A stretch of 64,000 nt of DNA from assembly GCA_037447605.1 (NCBI GenBank), contig CM074821.1:1054001-1118000 (forward strand), in the 5' to 3' direction. A program made the position numbers and the translations under genes. This stretch comes from Zygnema circumcarinatum SAG 698-1b. Lineage: Eukaryota > Plantae > Zygnematophyceae. This document shows, piece by piece, positions 24,531 to 36,263 of the stretch (the stretch's first letter is position 1; each line of letters opens with the position of its first letter). The notes under the pieces were generated by a model. That model was not told the DNA's origin and ran no database searches. It worked only from the letters and a program-made list of their open reading frames with translations.

Positions 24531-25480
24531 ATGGTGCTCGAGGTAGGCCCTGTCCCGCGGCTCTGCTTCCCTTGGGCGCGTTGCAAGCTTCCTGGCAATC
24601 TTGCACTTCATGTCCATATTCTAATTTGATTTTTCCATCATTGCTGATATCAATCTGGACTATGGCTGACGAAAAGTTTCGCTTCTGCATCTTGTGTTCC
24701 ATTCTGAAAGCTTCAATGTTTCGTCTCCCTGCAAGATCGACTGCCTGCTGTGCATAGTCACACTGCCGTGTCAATGCATCTGGTTCAAACATGTCAGGAG
24801 AGGAAGGCTAAAATGGGAGAAACACGTCAACAATTTACGAAGAGAAAAACCTGCTGTATTCTCTCCGTATCTCTTTTTATCGTCCGCGTATTTTTATTAG
24901 TACAGCTTCGTGTTTGCTCTGCATCACACACCCCTCTTGCAACACTGCAGGCCACAGTCATTTGCGTCGACAATTCTGAATGGATGCGCAATGGGGACTA
25001 TTCTCCATCACGATTCCAAGCGCAGGCCGATGCCGTTAACCTAATTTGTGGAGCCAAGACTCAAGTGAGTCGTTTTGCAGGAGAAAGATTTTCCGATTTC
25101 GCTATGTTTATGCTGCAGTTGTACCGCCCATGAAAATCCTACAATCTTCATTGCACTGAAAAAAACTGGCTGAATATGCATCGTACGGAAAGTTGTGTCC
25201 TCTACTTTATGGAGACAATCTCGTGATGTTGTTTGCTCTGAATTCAGTGAAGTAGAGGGCAATTGTTACTCAGACTGCACTGATAGTAACGATTTTGTTG
25301 CTCCTTTCCATGTTTCAGTCAAATCCAGAGAACACAGTTGGCGTCCTTACAATGGCTGGAAAGGGAGTGCGCGTGTTGGTCACGCCGACTGCAGATCTCG
25401 GCAAAATTTTGTCCTCCATGCACGGTATACTTCCCTTCCCTATCTGCTGCTGTGAATGTTTGAGTTGTGCCTCTTTGAAG

Positions 25481-25521
<41 letters not shown>

Positions 25522-28500
25522 GTGCTCTGAGAAGAGAAGCATTCAACACGAGTCTGGGCGAAACCCTAATTTGTATCTTTGCGTGTCGTATTGCAGCTTT
25601 GGTACAGCTGGTTTGTTCTCTCAGCTTTCTGTTAGGATTGCTAGAGTAGATCCATTTGGGAGCGTTTTTTCTCCTTTTTGCATAAGTGTACGTAGGAGCT
25701 ATTTCATATACGCGTTTGATTTGTTTGTTTGTGCTATGCTGCAGGAGTAGAGGTGTCTGGAGAGGCAAACATTGTTTCAGGAGTACAGGTGGCACAATTG
25801 GCTCTCAAGCATCGGCAGAACAAGAATCAACGGCAGAGAATTGTGCTTTTTGCTGGAAGGTGAGATTAAGGCGCTTTTTTGCCTCAAGTGCTGTTGACTC
25901 TGTTTCCGATTCTAAACTCTAAGTCTGTCACATTTGTCTGCGGTGGTGCAGTCCTGTGGAAGCAGACGCCGACACTCTGGTGCGGATTGGCAAGAAGTTG
26001 AAGAAAAATAATGTGGCCTTGGATGTGGTGAGTTTCGGGGACGAAGAAGAGACCAAGTCTTCAAAGCTTGAAGCGCTTCTTATGGCCGTCAATAGTAATG
26101 ACAACAGCCATTTGGTGCATGTGCCCGCTGGACCTGCCATTCTTTCTGATGTGCTCCTCAGGTGAGGCTCCACTTTCGAACAAGGCCATGGATTTCATCC
26201 AACATGAGTACCGTCAAGTGTTTTGTATTCTCAGAGATGTGGATTTGAACTCGGTTTTACTTGATTATTGTTTACTGTGATTGAGGTCACGGAATCGCTC
26301 CTATAATGCTAAGCGGGGCTTTAGATATGTATATCGTAACTGCAGCATTGTATCCTCTACATTAGCTTACGGGTAACGAGGCTGTGATCAAGATTAGGAG
26401 CTGGGATAACCTTCTCTATGAAGTCAGGTGACAGTTATGATGTATGTATTGTAGGTTAGTGCAGTGTTTTCCTGATCTTTGGGATCAAACAAGTATTTCC
26501 TGCTGAGCTCATGACGAGCATAGAGCTTTTAGAGTTAAGAACGTTTTCTAAGTTGTTGGAGTTGCTATTTGGCAGGCTTGTCAGTCTATATCGCTTGCTT
26601 GTGAAAGGTAGTCATAAGGTCCTTTACTGCCATTTACTCTTGCCGGTTGTTTTGTATACCCACATGCTTTCTCCTCCCAACCCTTCCTCCCCTTTCCTGC
26701 AGTTCTCCCATCTTCACGGGTGATGGTGAAGGTGGCAGCGGCTTTGCCGCTGCAGCTGCTGCAGGAGCAGCAGCAGCTGCTGCAGCAGGAGGTGCTACAG
26801 GAGGCTATGACTTTGGCGTAGATCCAAATCTCGATCCTGAACTTGCCTTGGCTCTGCGAGTCTCTATGGAAGAAGAGCGTGCTCGGCAAGAAGCAGCAGC
26901 AAAGAGAGCTGCAGAAGAAGCAGCAGGACCTTCAAGCAGAGCTGGAGAAAGTGGTGGTCCGGATGCAGTCATGGGGGAGGCAGATATGTCCAGAGCTGGC
27001 GGAGATGTGGACATGGGGGAGGGTCCGACGGCAACAGGAGGAGCTTCTTCTGTTGGCACTGCGACAGGTGGAGAAGATAAAGGACCTGACGCCATGGTAA
27101 GTGCTTATTTGTTATGCAACGGTGTTTGAAACGACGACACGGATAGAGAAAGGTTGTTGATTCTTTATGGCACAGAATATGCTTGGTTTTGAAGGGCTTA
27201 AGCAAGCAGTGGAACCCGAACCTCTTGCTTCACAGTTCTGGCGATTAGTTCAGGTCTTCGAAGAAAAATGATCGTGTCTTATCGCGGGAGTGTTGAGACT
27301 TTACAAATAAAACGATTCCTGAATTGACCTAAGATATCCACTGACTTTTGACAACACAGGGAATACAAATTGTGATTGTATCTTTACACGCGAAGGTTGG
27401 ATTTGTGTTGGGGTGTTGGTAATGCAGGAGGATGAAACTGCTCTGCTTCGACAAGCTTTAGCCATGTCCATGGGAGATACGAGTGATGGGGCGAATCAGG
27501 CTACAGGAGATGCCACCATGGGTGAATCTGTCGGAGAAGATGTGGACCTGGCCTTGGGTGTGTAGTCTTTCTTGTCTGCTACCTATACCCATTCTGTGTT
27601 TAGCTAAATATTTTAGGGAAAAATACTGTCGGCCAAGAAGGAAGCAACAGTTGTAGCAACAACCACCAAATGGTCCAAGTAGTACAGTATTGCTTTGTTA
27701 GACAACGAGCCTTTCAACTTCGTGACTCTTGCCCCCTCATATTTAAGAAACCTGAGCATACAGAATGCTTCATGAGGAATCAAGATTTGGATGGTGCTTC
27801 AGATGTTAACAAATTGTGAAACATTTTATGTACTTTCTTGTGATTGTTGACTTTGTCGGCACTTACAGTTTTCACGCATAGCCGTGTATGGCCGCACATA
27901 GCTCGTCAAATTAAGTCCTGCTACGGTCACGGTCGCTTGAGTCACCAATTCAACACGCATAGACATATGCATCATTTGGAGTAGATGAGATGCCCTCGAG
28001 GGAGACTAGTAGAATGTAGACTCGGCTTAACACATTCTTCTCTGGCCCTTATTAGCTTGAGAAAAGGGGTGTCACTGCTTCTTGGCGTGTTTACATAGCC
28101 ATTCTATGCGACAGTTAATGGTTTACATGGCGAGAAAGCTCGACGATGCCATTAAAATTTTAATGCTCGCTTAGATTAAGCTCCCATTTATAGTAGTTGA
28201 TGCATCGAGGAAATGCACAATTTCTCTTTTCCCTCATCTAGAATTTCTATGTTGAATGTGAGTGTGCAGCACTTCAGATGTCAATGCAGCAGGCTGCAAA
28301 GGGAGCTGCAGGAGATCGAGAACTGGACTTAGGCAGTGTCTTGGGAGATGCAAACTTTGTCTCATCAGTCCTCGCCTCGGTAAGCTTCACTATTTTACTG
28401 GTTGTTTTCCTATGATGTTCGGTCTTCTTTTGGAGGAATTCCTAAGTCAAGTTGCAATATTGATGGAGAGTCAGGTGAATTACGCAACAATCTAAAGAGA

Positions 28501-29427
28501 TTGCTAGGACTGATAAGTAAGTGCAGAATGGAGGCGGCGGAGAAGAACTTTTCTTCACCTAACGTTTTGTCTTTTATTCTATTGTTAGTTGAAAACCCTG
28601 AAGTGTTCGTGACTGCTTCTTCTGATCTGTTTTAATGGCTTTTGCAGTTGCCAGGCGTGAACCCCGATGATCCCTCCGTCAGAGATGTTTTTGCATCCTT
28701 CCAGGCTTCAATACAGGAGAAAGACAAGAAGGTGAGGAACAGATAGCACTTGTGTGGGGAAGCTGTAAGGATGTACCATTTCTAAACATGTTGATCCTTG
28801 CTTGTGAACTGAAGCTTTCCTAGCTTAGGTTGTTCCTTTCTACAGCTTGCTAGCTCAAATCTCTCCTGTTGAGTCCTGAATAGTCTCATCACTTCCGGTA
28901 AGTCCTACGTATCGAATGATGGCTGAATGGTTTTTACTTGAATTAACTCACCAATATATTCTGCTTACATTATCCTGGACGTTTGGAGGTTTGGCCTGAG
29001 AACCTTATACATCTACTCTACGCGTCTTTGGCTCTTGGAACGTATACGTGTTCATGTTTGACTAGTTAACATTCTATCTTTATTGTTTTGTTGAAGGTCT
29101 CAACTATCTTCTGAGATAAGGCTGTTAGCCCCCCATTTAACCCTAACCTCCATTGTCACAGGAAAGTGGGCACTACTGGGTTCTAAAGGCCTGAGGGCTA
29201 TTTCTCCTTCGTGTTCAGAATATGGGTTTTATATGGGACTTTAATTTTTAGGCCTAAACGCAACACTAACCCTAGCCGTAGTCGTAGCCCTAGCCCTAAC
29301 CCTAACCCTATCTCCAACTTTGATAGATGTGAACCGGCAGGTGGACCTGGGTCTCAATTAGGAGCCTTGTGCTTGCATCCATGTGCAGGAGGAGGACGGA
29401 GGAGAAAGCAAGGAGGACAAGCCCTGA
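24531..29427 (+). CDS. RPN10: 26S proteasome non-ATPase regulatory subunit RPN10/PSMD4 (VWA domain plus 3 UIMs), 10 exons
   Basis: Exons 24531-24542, 24951-25064, 25319-25424, 25745-25859, 25952-26161, 26703-27096, 27428-27557, 28270-28379, 28648-28731, 29389-29427. [69 protein letters not shown]. The last exon is the least certain. Confidence 0.95.
29255..29310 (-). repeat. Short telomere-like (CCCTAA/CCCTAG) run in the last RPN10 intron
   Basis: cactaaccctagccgtagtcgtagccctagccctaaccctaacccta. Confidence 0.5.
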
Positions 29428-30634
29428 GGATAAAAGATAGAGCTATTGTGACTCATAGGCTCAAAAGTTATGTTGTCATCGCCGCATATACATTATGTCA
29501 TCGACAAACAGAGCTTTGGTAACATAACTGGGGGTGCATCAATCAGATCCCGCCGTCCGTCCCATGATCACCGACTGGCCATTTTCTCCTCCAATGTCGC
29601 ATCACAAGGCCTGAATGAAGAGAAGGAAGGACGATAAGTTACTTTTTTTTGGGACTCTAATTCTAGTTAGGTCCCAGCACTTCCACTCCCACGCCTGCTC
29701 CCACTCCACTTCCACTCCCATTTCACCTCCTGCTCTGCTCCTCCTAGTGAGGGATGAGTGGGGAAGTTATTCTTTGCATGTGGATGACCAGAGCATGGTA
29801 GGGGAGTCCCATGACCTTTGAATGGGATGCGTGTGTTGGAAGCAGGCGGTCCAGTGCGCGGGACATTTGTTTGCTCCTTTGCTATATTTCGCCTTTTGGA
29901 TACACATGCATATGCATGTAAGGGAGCGAAAATGTGGATGCATGTGTGCATGACTGATGTGTAACGCTTGCATGCTTTTTAGACTTGTGGAGAATATCGA
30001 AAGATGGTGGGGCCTGCCTGGAGTTGGACCGGCTGTTCCCTTATTTGGGGTGTTTAGCTGTTTTAGCGCTTTCCGGGATTTTCGAAGTTTCAAAGGTTTA
30101 GGGGGGTTGTGGTCTTTTGATGTGATTCGCTCAACAGGCATTCTATGAGTCAGTCAAAACCAAAAAATCTATTTTGAAGGTGATTTGCAGTCTCTGGAAC
30201 CGTTAATTTTGGTCCCCCTCACATACAAAGAAAAACCCATTCATATCCACTCTCAGCAGCAAGATAAGTGTTTGCCCTTCCTCTATCCTCCGCTCCTCCC
30301 TCTCCTTTCCAATGATGTCCCCATTTATGCCTCTAGCTAGCCCTATCACCCTAATGTCCGCCCTCAGGTCCAGACTACCAATACATCGAACCATTAAGAC
30401 CCCACTACTTGCAACCAAATTGCTCGTAAACGTTCACCTTGAGTGTTTCTGCTTTGCACTCGCCGCCCTTCCGGCTTCAATGCCTTTTGTTCCTTCTCTT
30501 CTCTTTATTCACAACAGTACCAAATTGTAAGGAATAAATGATAGTACTCATATTAAAAAAAAATTGATAAAAAATAATAAAAGTTGTCTTAAGTCAAAAT
30601 TTCAATTCAATGAGTGTAGACAGAGGAACTTAAT

Positions 30635-33600
30635 CTACAATCCTCCGTTGGCATTTGGATCTGAATCATAGCCACTTTTGGGATCTGAAGTCAAATCATG
30701 GAAGGTTTCTATCTTTTGCGAAGCTCGACTAATAATTACATAGTCGATAATCCCCTGCATCCACAGCATGCGAAGACACAATCGCATAGGTCTGAGCAAG
30801 TCCTAAGTTCGGGCCTCCAAATAGGGCTCCAATCTCAGCATACACAATTTTTAGGGTTTGCGGAGGTTATTTAACAATTCAGATTCTCCAAACCACTCTG
30901 GAAGTCTCCGAGCTCATGATAAATTTGGTAAGTTCCAAGAATGTCCACATATTGGAATCAGAATTTGTACTAAAATGACACCCCCCCTTCAGTAAGGGCG
31001 TGCATGGCAGCAACAAGGCATATGCAACGGCCAGTCCTAAAACAGAAAAAAAACACGAAAGGTTTCGGTTACGCCACCCAAAAGCACAACATCAATGACT
31101 TGGACCTTCAAAATTGGTTGCAATTGCTCATTTATCACCAAGAAAGAGTGGGAGGGGGAGGGGGGAGGGGGAGGGGGAGGGGGAGGGGGAGGGGGAGGGG
31201 GGAGGGGGAGGGGGAGGGGGAGGGGGAGGGGGAGGGGGGAGGGGGAGGGGGCAGGGGGCAGGGGGAGAGGGGAGAGGGGAGAGGGGATGGGGGAGGGGGA
31301 GGATTCGCGATAGGTTGGCATCTGGGCCTTGTCAACAAGTCCTGATGCCGACCATGTATATGGTTCATGGTTTTTCACTGGCATGAGAATGGGAGGAAGC
31401 TCTTACAGTCATCATTCCATCAAAAACGGGATTTTCTTGCAGGCCCACAATCTCCTTTTGAGCATTCCACCACTGACTTCCGTTGGCCCACAAGTGTGCG
31501 AAATCGCTCAATTGCCTCACTCTGTACTCAGCAGCGAGGGGAGAAAAAAAGCCCACTTCCTCTTCGTCTGTGGCGATGTAAATTGTTGTTACTTTGGAGA
31601 TATTCTTTCGCTGCAATACGTCCAACAAACTGCATCATCTCCCTGGCAGCAAATCGGTAAGTAAGCACAAGACGACAACTGTCACATGTGCCAAGTTAGT
31701 TTACTTTATTCATTTACAATTTAATACTAACAGACACTCAGGCTCTTCTAGAACAAAAAAGAAAATTCCCACATTCTTACTTCAGTTCAATCACAACTTC
31801 AATAGTCTACAGTAGTGTAGATTCATTTTGTGGAGAGAGCGGAAGGTTGTGACTTTATCGAGGGCGGTTTCTCACTGGGCAGGACGTGTGTCGTTGTCAA
31901 GGTGGGGCCATCTTGGTGACTTGACTTTATCCCCTCTCCTCACGTGCATGGAAACAAAAGGCCGACTCAAATTTTTACAAATTGTGCTGCCCAATGCCAT
32001 CAGAGATGGCGCATATCGGAAAGCCCGGTACGGTCGTGCAATTTGCTGTAAGGACCAAGTAAAAAAAAAAAGACAAAAAAGACAAAAAAAAAGAAAAGGC
32101 AATGAAAGCAACACGACGGTAAGGTAAACGAAAAAGGGTCGGTCTCTCTTTCCCTCGCTCTAACTCTCCCTCTCTTTCTCTCTCCCGCTCCCACTGCCCC
32201 CTTCCATCTCCTCCCCACCTCCCCCTTCCCTCTCCCACTACCTCCACAACATCCGCCAACCTTACACTCGAACACAATGCGAATACAATCAATCAGTAAA
32301 TCTTTAGTACATTGCCGAAGAGGGGTTTTTCCAACAGACGGTGCATTTAAAAAACATATATTTCCTCACAGAAACTGATATGGTTCGAAATGCCATGAGA
32401 ACGGTTCAAGTCCCCCAGTCTAGCGGCTCTTTCAATTCTAAAAAGTCGAATGAGCAATGAAAGAAAGTTTGAAGGGAGAAAGTTGCTTCATCTATGCTAC
32501 TCTGTCGTTATATTGCATATTCAGTAAGGCCGTTTCCTATGACTGTTAGATGTAATGAAAAAGGTACTGCAGGATTCAATCTTCAAGCACGCAGTACTCT
32601 GCATTATTGTCTGATTAACTAAAATTGAGGATCCTGAAAAATTACTTGGAGAAAGCACCACAAAAGAAGCGGGATGATGAAGAGCTTGATTGATGCCTCA
32701 CCTTATTCCGAGCGCAAGTCACATATGCATAGGAGTGCTTGCCCCTGTATATGTGCTTAATTACTGTCACATTGCTGCTTTGGAGTTCCTCAAGAAGGGG
32801 TCCTTCCAGTATGGAAGCGTTCAGAGCAGAGACTTTGTTGTCGGGATGAGCCTCATCCCATGCATTCCAGCCTTCCAAGAATGTGGGCATCTCGATGATA
32901 GGGAAGGACCTGCGTGGTTTGAAGAGCCCTTTTGCAAGCACTGAGAGAAACAATTGACAATCTGAAGAGAAGTTTCCCACGGTTGAGGTTATCTGAACTT
33001 TTGTGGTTTCCATGACCAAAGTAAGTTTTTGGCCAGAGCTCTAGTCATGTCCACACTTGTCCGGGACCTTCAATAGACTACGTTTCAAATTCATCTTTGT
33101 TTCCTCATGCACCTGCTTCTATGAGATGGTTTATACTGCTATTTGCTTACTATTACACTGCGGTTCATTTACAAGGGTGTCATGAAAAACCGTTTTAAAG
33201 TTCAAGAGCTGAAGCATTGATGTGATCGCAAGAGATACATTTGTTCTGTTAAGTGTATTCATTTAATTTAATTTAATTTAATTTTCTTAATTTGAGTTCA
33301 TGTTTTCCTCATCCTATAAGCTACATGTCTAAATGCTTGTTTTTGTGCTCACGGTAGTTCTTCTTGGCAGCAAACCTACTCAGGACATATAGTCTGTAGA
33401 TCTCAGAAGTTAGCCGTATAAGCTCTACCTCCATCCCCTCCCATTTCTTCGTTTAAGGTACAATACATGTAATGTCGTTTACTGAGTCGTGATTAAACTT
33501 GACCTTTGCTAGATGCTTACATAACCTACACGGGTACTTCTCCGACCCTTTTCTGTGCAAACCTTCATGAGACATTTGCAAACAAGCTGTCTTTAAATAA

Positions 33601-34561
33601 CCAATCATTCATTGCTTCTACCTCTGCATAAGCTTGATGTCATAATATTGCGCCGCCTTCCTTATCGAAGTTGCGCCATCGTTGTGCTTGCCGGGAATCC
33701 CGGTGTCCATGTCCACCACGAGGATGCGTTGAAGCTTTAGGGCCTCCCCCGCCATGCACGTGTGGCTCCACTGATGGTGACTCGTCCCCACATAGAAGTC
33801 GTTGCCATGGCGCTCATAATAAAGGTACTTCTCATTAGGGTCGAAGCTCTCCTCCCCGCGTCCCGTCCGCCATAGCGGACGAGGAGGAAGGGGAGGGGGG
33901 GGAGCACGAGGAGAGTGGAGCGCACGAGAGGAAGATGGGGAGGAGGAGGGAAGAGGGGCAGGGAATGGAGGGGGAAGAGGAGGGGGAGTGGAAGGAGGAG
34001 AGAATGGGGGAGTGCGAGAGGGAGTGGGAAGGGGAGAGGGGGAGAATGGGGGAGGGGGCGGGGGAGGGGGAGGGGAGGGGGAGGGGGAGGGGAGGGGGAG
34101 GGGGAGGGGGAGGGGGAGGGGAGGGGAGGGGGAGGGGGAGGGGAGAGGGAGGGAGGGAGGAGGGAGGAGGGAGGAGGGAGGAGGGAGGGGAGGGGAGGGG
34201 GAGGGGAGGGGGAGGGGGAGGGGAGGGGGAGGGGAGGGGAGGGGGAGGGGGAGGGGAGGGGAGGGGGAGGGGAGGGGAGGGGAGGGGGTGGGGGAGGAGG
34301 AGAGTTTGAGACAGTACGAGGAGTCGGAGATGGAGAGGGAGAGAATGGGTAGGGAGGAGGGGGAGGAGGGCCAGGGGGAGGGGGACGAGGAGAGAAGTTG
34401 GAAGACAATGCAGGCTCTTTGAAAAAATCTAACAGTGCCTCCTGCTGCCCCGTGTCAGGCTGCGGCTGCAGCAGGAGCCAGTAGAGCGCCAGCAGCAGGG
34501 CGGCGTTGACGAGAGTGAGAGAGACGCCGATGAAGGAGGGCCTCTGTGCGGAGATGGTCAT
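30635..34561 (-). CDS. SUB1-like / GDP-fucose O-fucosyltransferase-family type II membrane protein with a long Ser-Pro(n) stalk; frame discontinuity in the stalk
   Basis: Minus exons about 34561-33622, 32909-32702, 32045-31876, 31629-31407, 30754-30635. N-terminal signal anchor (VSLTLVNAALLLALYWLLL), then FDPNEKYLYY, MHVRRGDK...WPHLDNDTRP, IYIATDE, FDGMM, IETFHDLT matching the plant SUB1 family. Exon 1 is out of frame by one base across the G-run region (assembly indel or hidden intron). Confidence 0.8.
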
Positions 34562-34748
34562 AGCAGGAGCTGCGAAGAGAGTCACGGAGGGGAGGGAGAG
34601 CGAGAGAGAGAGCTGATAGGAATGTCGAGAGAGGGAGCGAAGTTGGGGGCAGAACTTCCATGAGGCGGGAGTGGGAGAGGGAGGCGGCAGGGGCGGGAAG
34701 AAGAGAGGAGTTGTGGGAGCGAGGAAGTGATCATTCGAGGGAGCGGAC

Positions 34749-34866
34749 CAAGTTCCAAACTTTGGGTTACAAGTTTCAAACATTTGGTTTCAAGTTTCAG
34801 ACTTTGGGTTCCAGGTTTCAAACGTTGGGTTCGAAGGTTCAAACTTTGGGTTTCAAGTTCAAAACC
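34749..34866 (+). repeat. 21-bp minisatellite, about 5.5 copies (CAAGTTTCAAACTTTGGGTTN)
   Basis: Units read directly: caagttccaaactttgggtta, caagtttcaaacatttggttt, caagtttcagactttgggttc, caggtttcaaacgttgggttc, gaaggttcaaactttgggttt. Confidence 0.85.
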
Positions 34867-35365
34867 GCACCGACAAACTCGGTTTTTTGTACTGTCCAGT
34901 TCAGCTCATGGCACGAATATGCGCACACCACAGATCGCTAATCCCAGCCAGCTCATTCAAGAGCCAATCAGGAGCCACCGATCACCGGTCGCGGCAGCCG
35001 GCCCGCGGGACATATTCGTACGGATGGGGTCGGCGCCACTAGTCCGCATATCGATATATCGCCGGTGTATTGAATCTGGCCGACAGAGCCTGCCGGCGCT
35101 TGCGAACAGGATAGTGTACGGCAGCTCCACCGGCCGGCGGATGTGGGCCGATGACGGCAGGGATTGCACCGGCCGGTTATGTCGGTCACATCCGATACGC
35201 CGGCGATGTGGCGATATTTTTTTAGATTCACCCAACTAAACGACAAAAATGGCCCCTGCTGCATGCACAAGACACACTGGACACAGGGCACAGGACAAAG
35301 GACTCACAGCCGTTCCGGTTTTGAATTCATTCCAGTCAGAAATTCGGTAATAAAAGGAAACAATA

Positions 35366-35522
35366 GGGGGTGTCAGACTTAACAAAATCTTACGAAAAGC
35401 GTTACGAAAAAAAAGGTTGCGAAAGTACTCCGCCGCAGCAGGATCGCGATTATACTGGAGTACTCGTTCTGATGTCAAACTTACGAACACGCGTACTGAA
35501 ATTTTTTAAGTCTGACACCCCC
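35366..35522. mobile_element. 157-bp MITE with 17-bp perfect TIRs GGGGGTGTCAGACTTAA (possibly Tourist/PIF-like)
   Basis: 35366-35382 is the exact reverse complement of 35506-35522; no clean TSD seen. Confidence 0.65.
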
Positions 35523-35524
35523 TC

Positions 35525-35656
35525 ATGACATTTTTATACCTTTTCTGGCTAGATACACACCTTTTCACCCGTCAGATTTTATTTTAAGGTCTTTAGGGGA
35601 TATTTATTTTTTATACGGTGTATCTAGACAAAAAAGGTGTGAAAGTAGTCATTCCC
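35525..35656. mobile_element. Short inverted-repeat element related to the 7180-7700 MITE family
   Basis: Arms ATGACATTTTTATACCTTTTCTGGCTAGATACAC / GGTGTATCTAGACAAAAAAGGTGTGAAAGTAGTCAT share the AGACAAAAAAGGTGTGA motif of the 7180 element's right TIR. Confidence 0.55.
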
Positions 35657-36263
35657 GGTAAAAAGAAGATTTTCCGTTTCTTACAACGCTACCATTATCA
35701 CACGCTCAAACTGTAACAGAACACATGCATGCCAGTTCCATGTAACGACACGGCTGCTACATGGAACCTCAAACCGTGCCCAGCTTCCCTCCGTCCATCG
35801 TTACTTCGTTAGTCAACTACTTCCGTACATCCTTGTCCTCTTCTCCAGCGTGGCCGCGCACCGTGTAACGGATCCACCGCAATTTGCACCGCAGATGCCG
35901 ACAAAACATTCCCACTGTGCGCGAAATCAAGCACCGACAAATCTGCCGCCTTTTCTGTCGTTTTGTCCGCCATCGAATAGCCCGATGGTACGGTCTGCCT
36001 CGATAAGCGCAGCCGCCTGCCAACTGGCACCAATAGAGACTTCAACAGTCGCGACGTAATCCGTCTCTGCAGTAGGGATGGATTAGTTACGATTATATAT
36101 TATATATTATATTATACAACTGTGACGAATAGATAACGGCTGATATATATTAATTTACAACGCCTTTACAACATGTACGGTCGTACGGTCGTACGACCAT
36201 ACGGTATTATGCGGCCCGAGCACGAGCAGACAGAAAAAACCAGACGAACGCATTTCGCAACGC

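Noticed and set aside
31037-31384. Candidate last exon (VQVIDVVLLGGVTETF) for the SUB1-like gene
   Set aside because: It runs into poly-T; the exon at 30754-30635 (IIDYVII...IETFHDLT) fits the family C-terminus far better.
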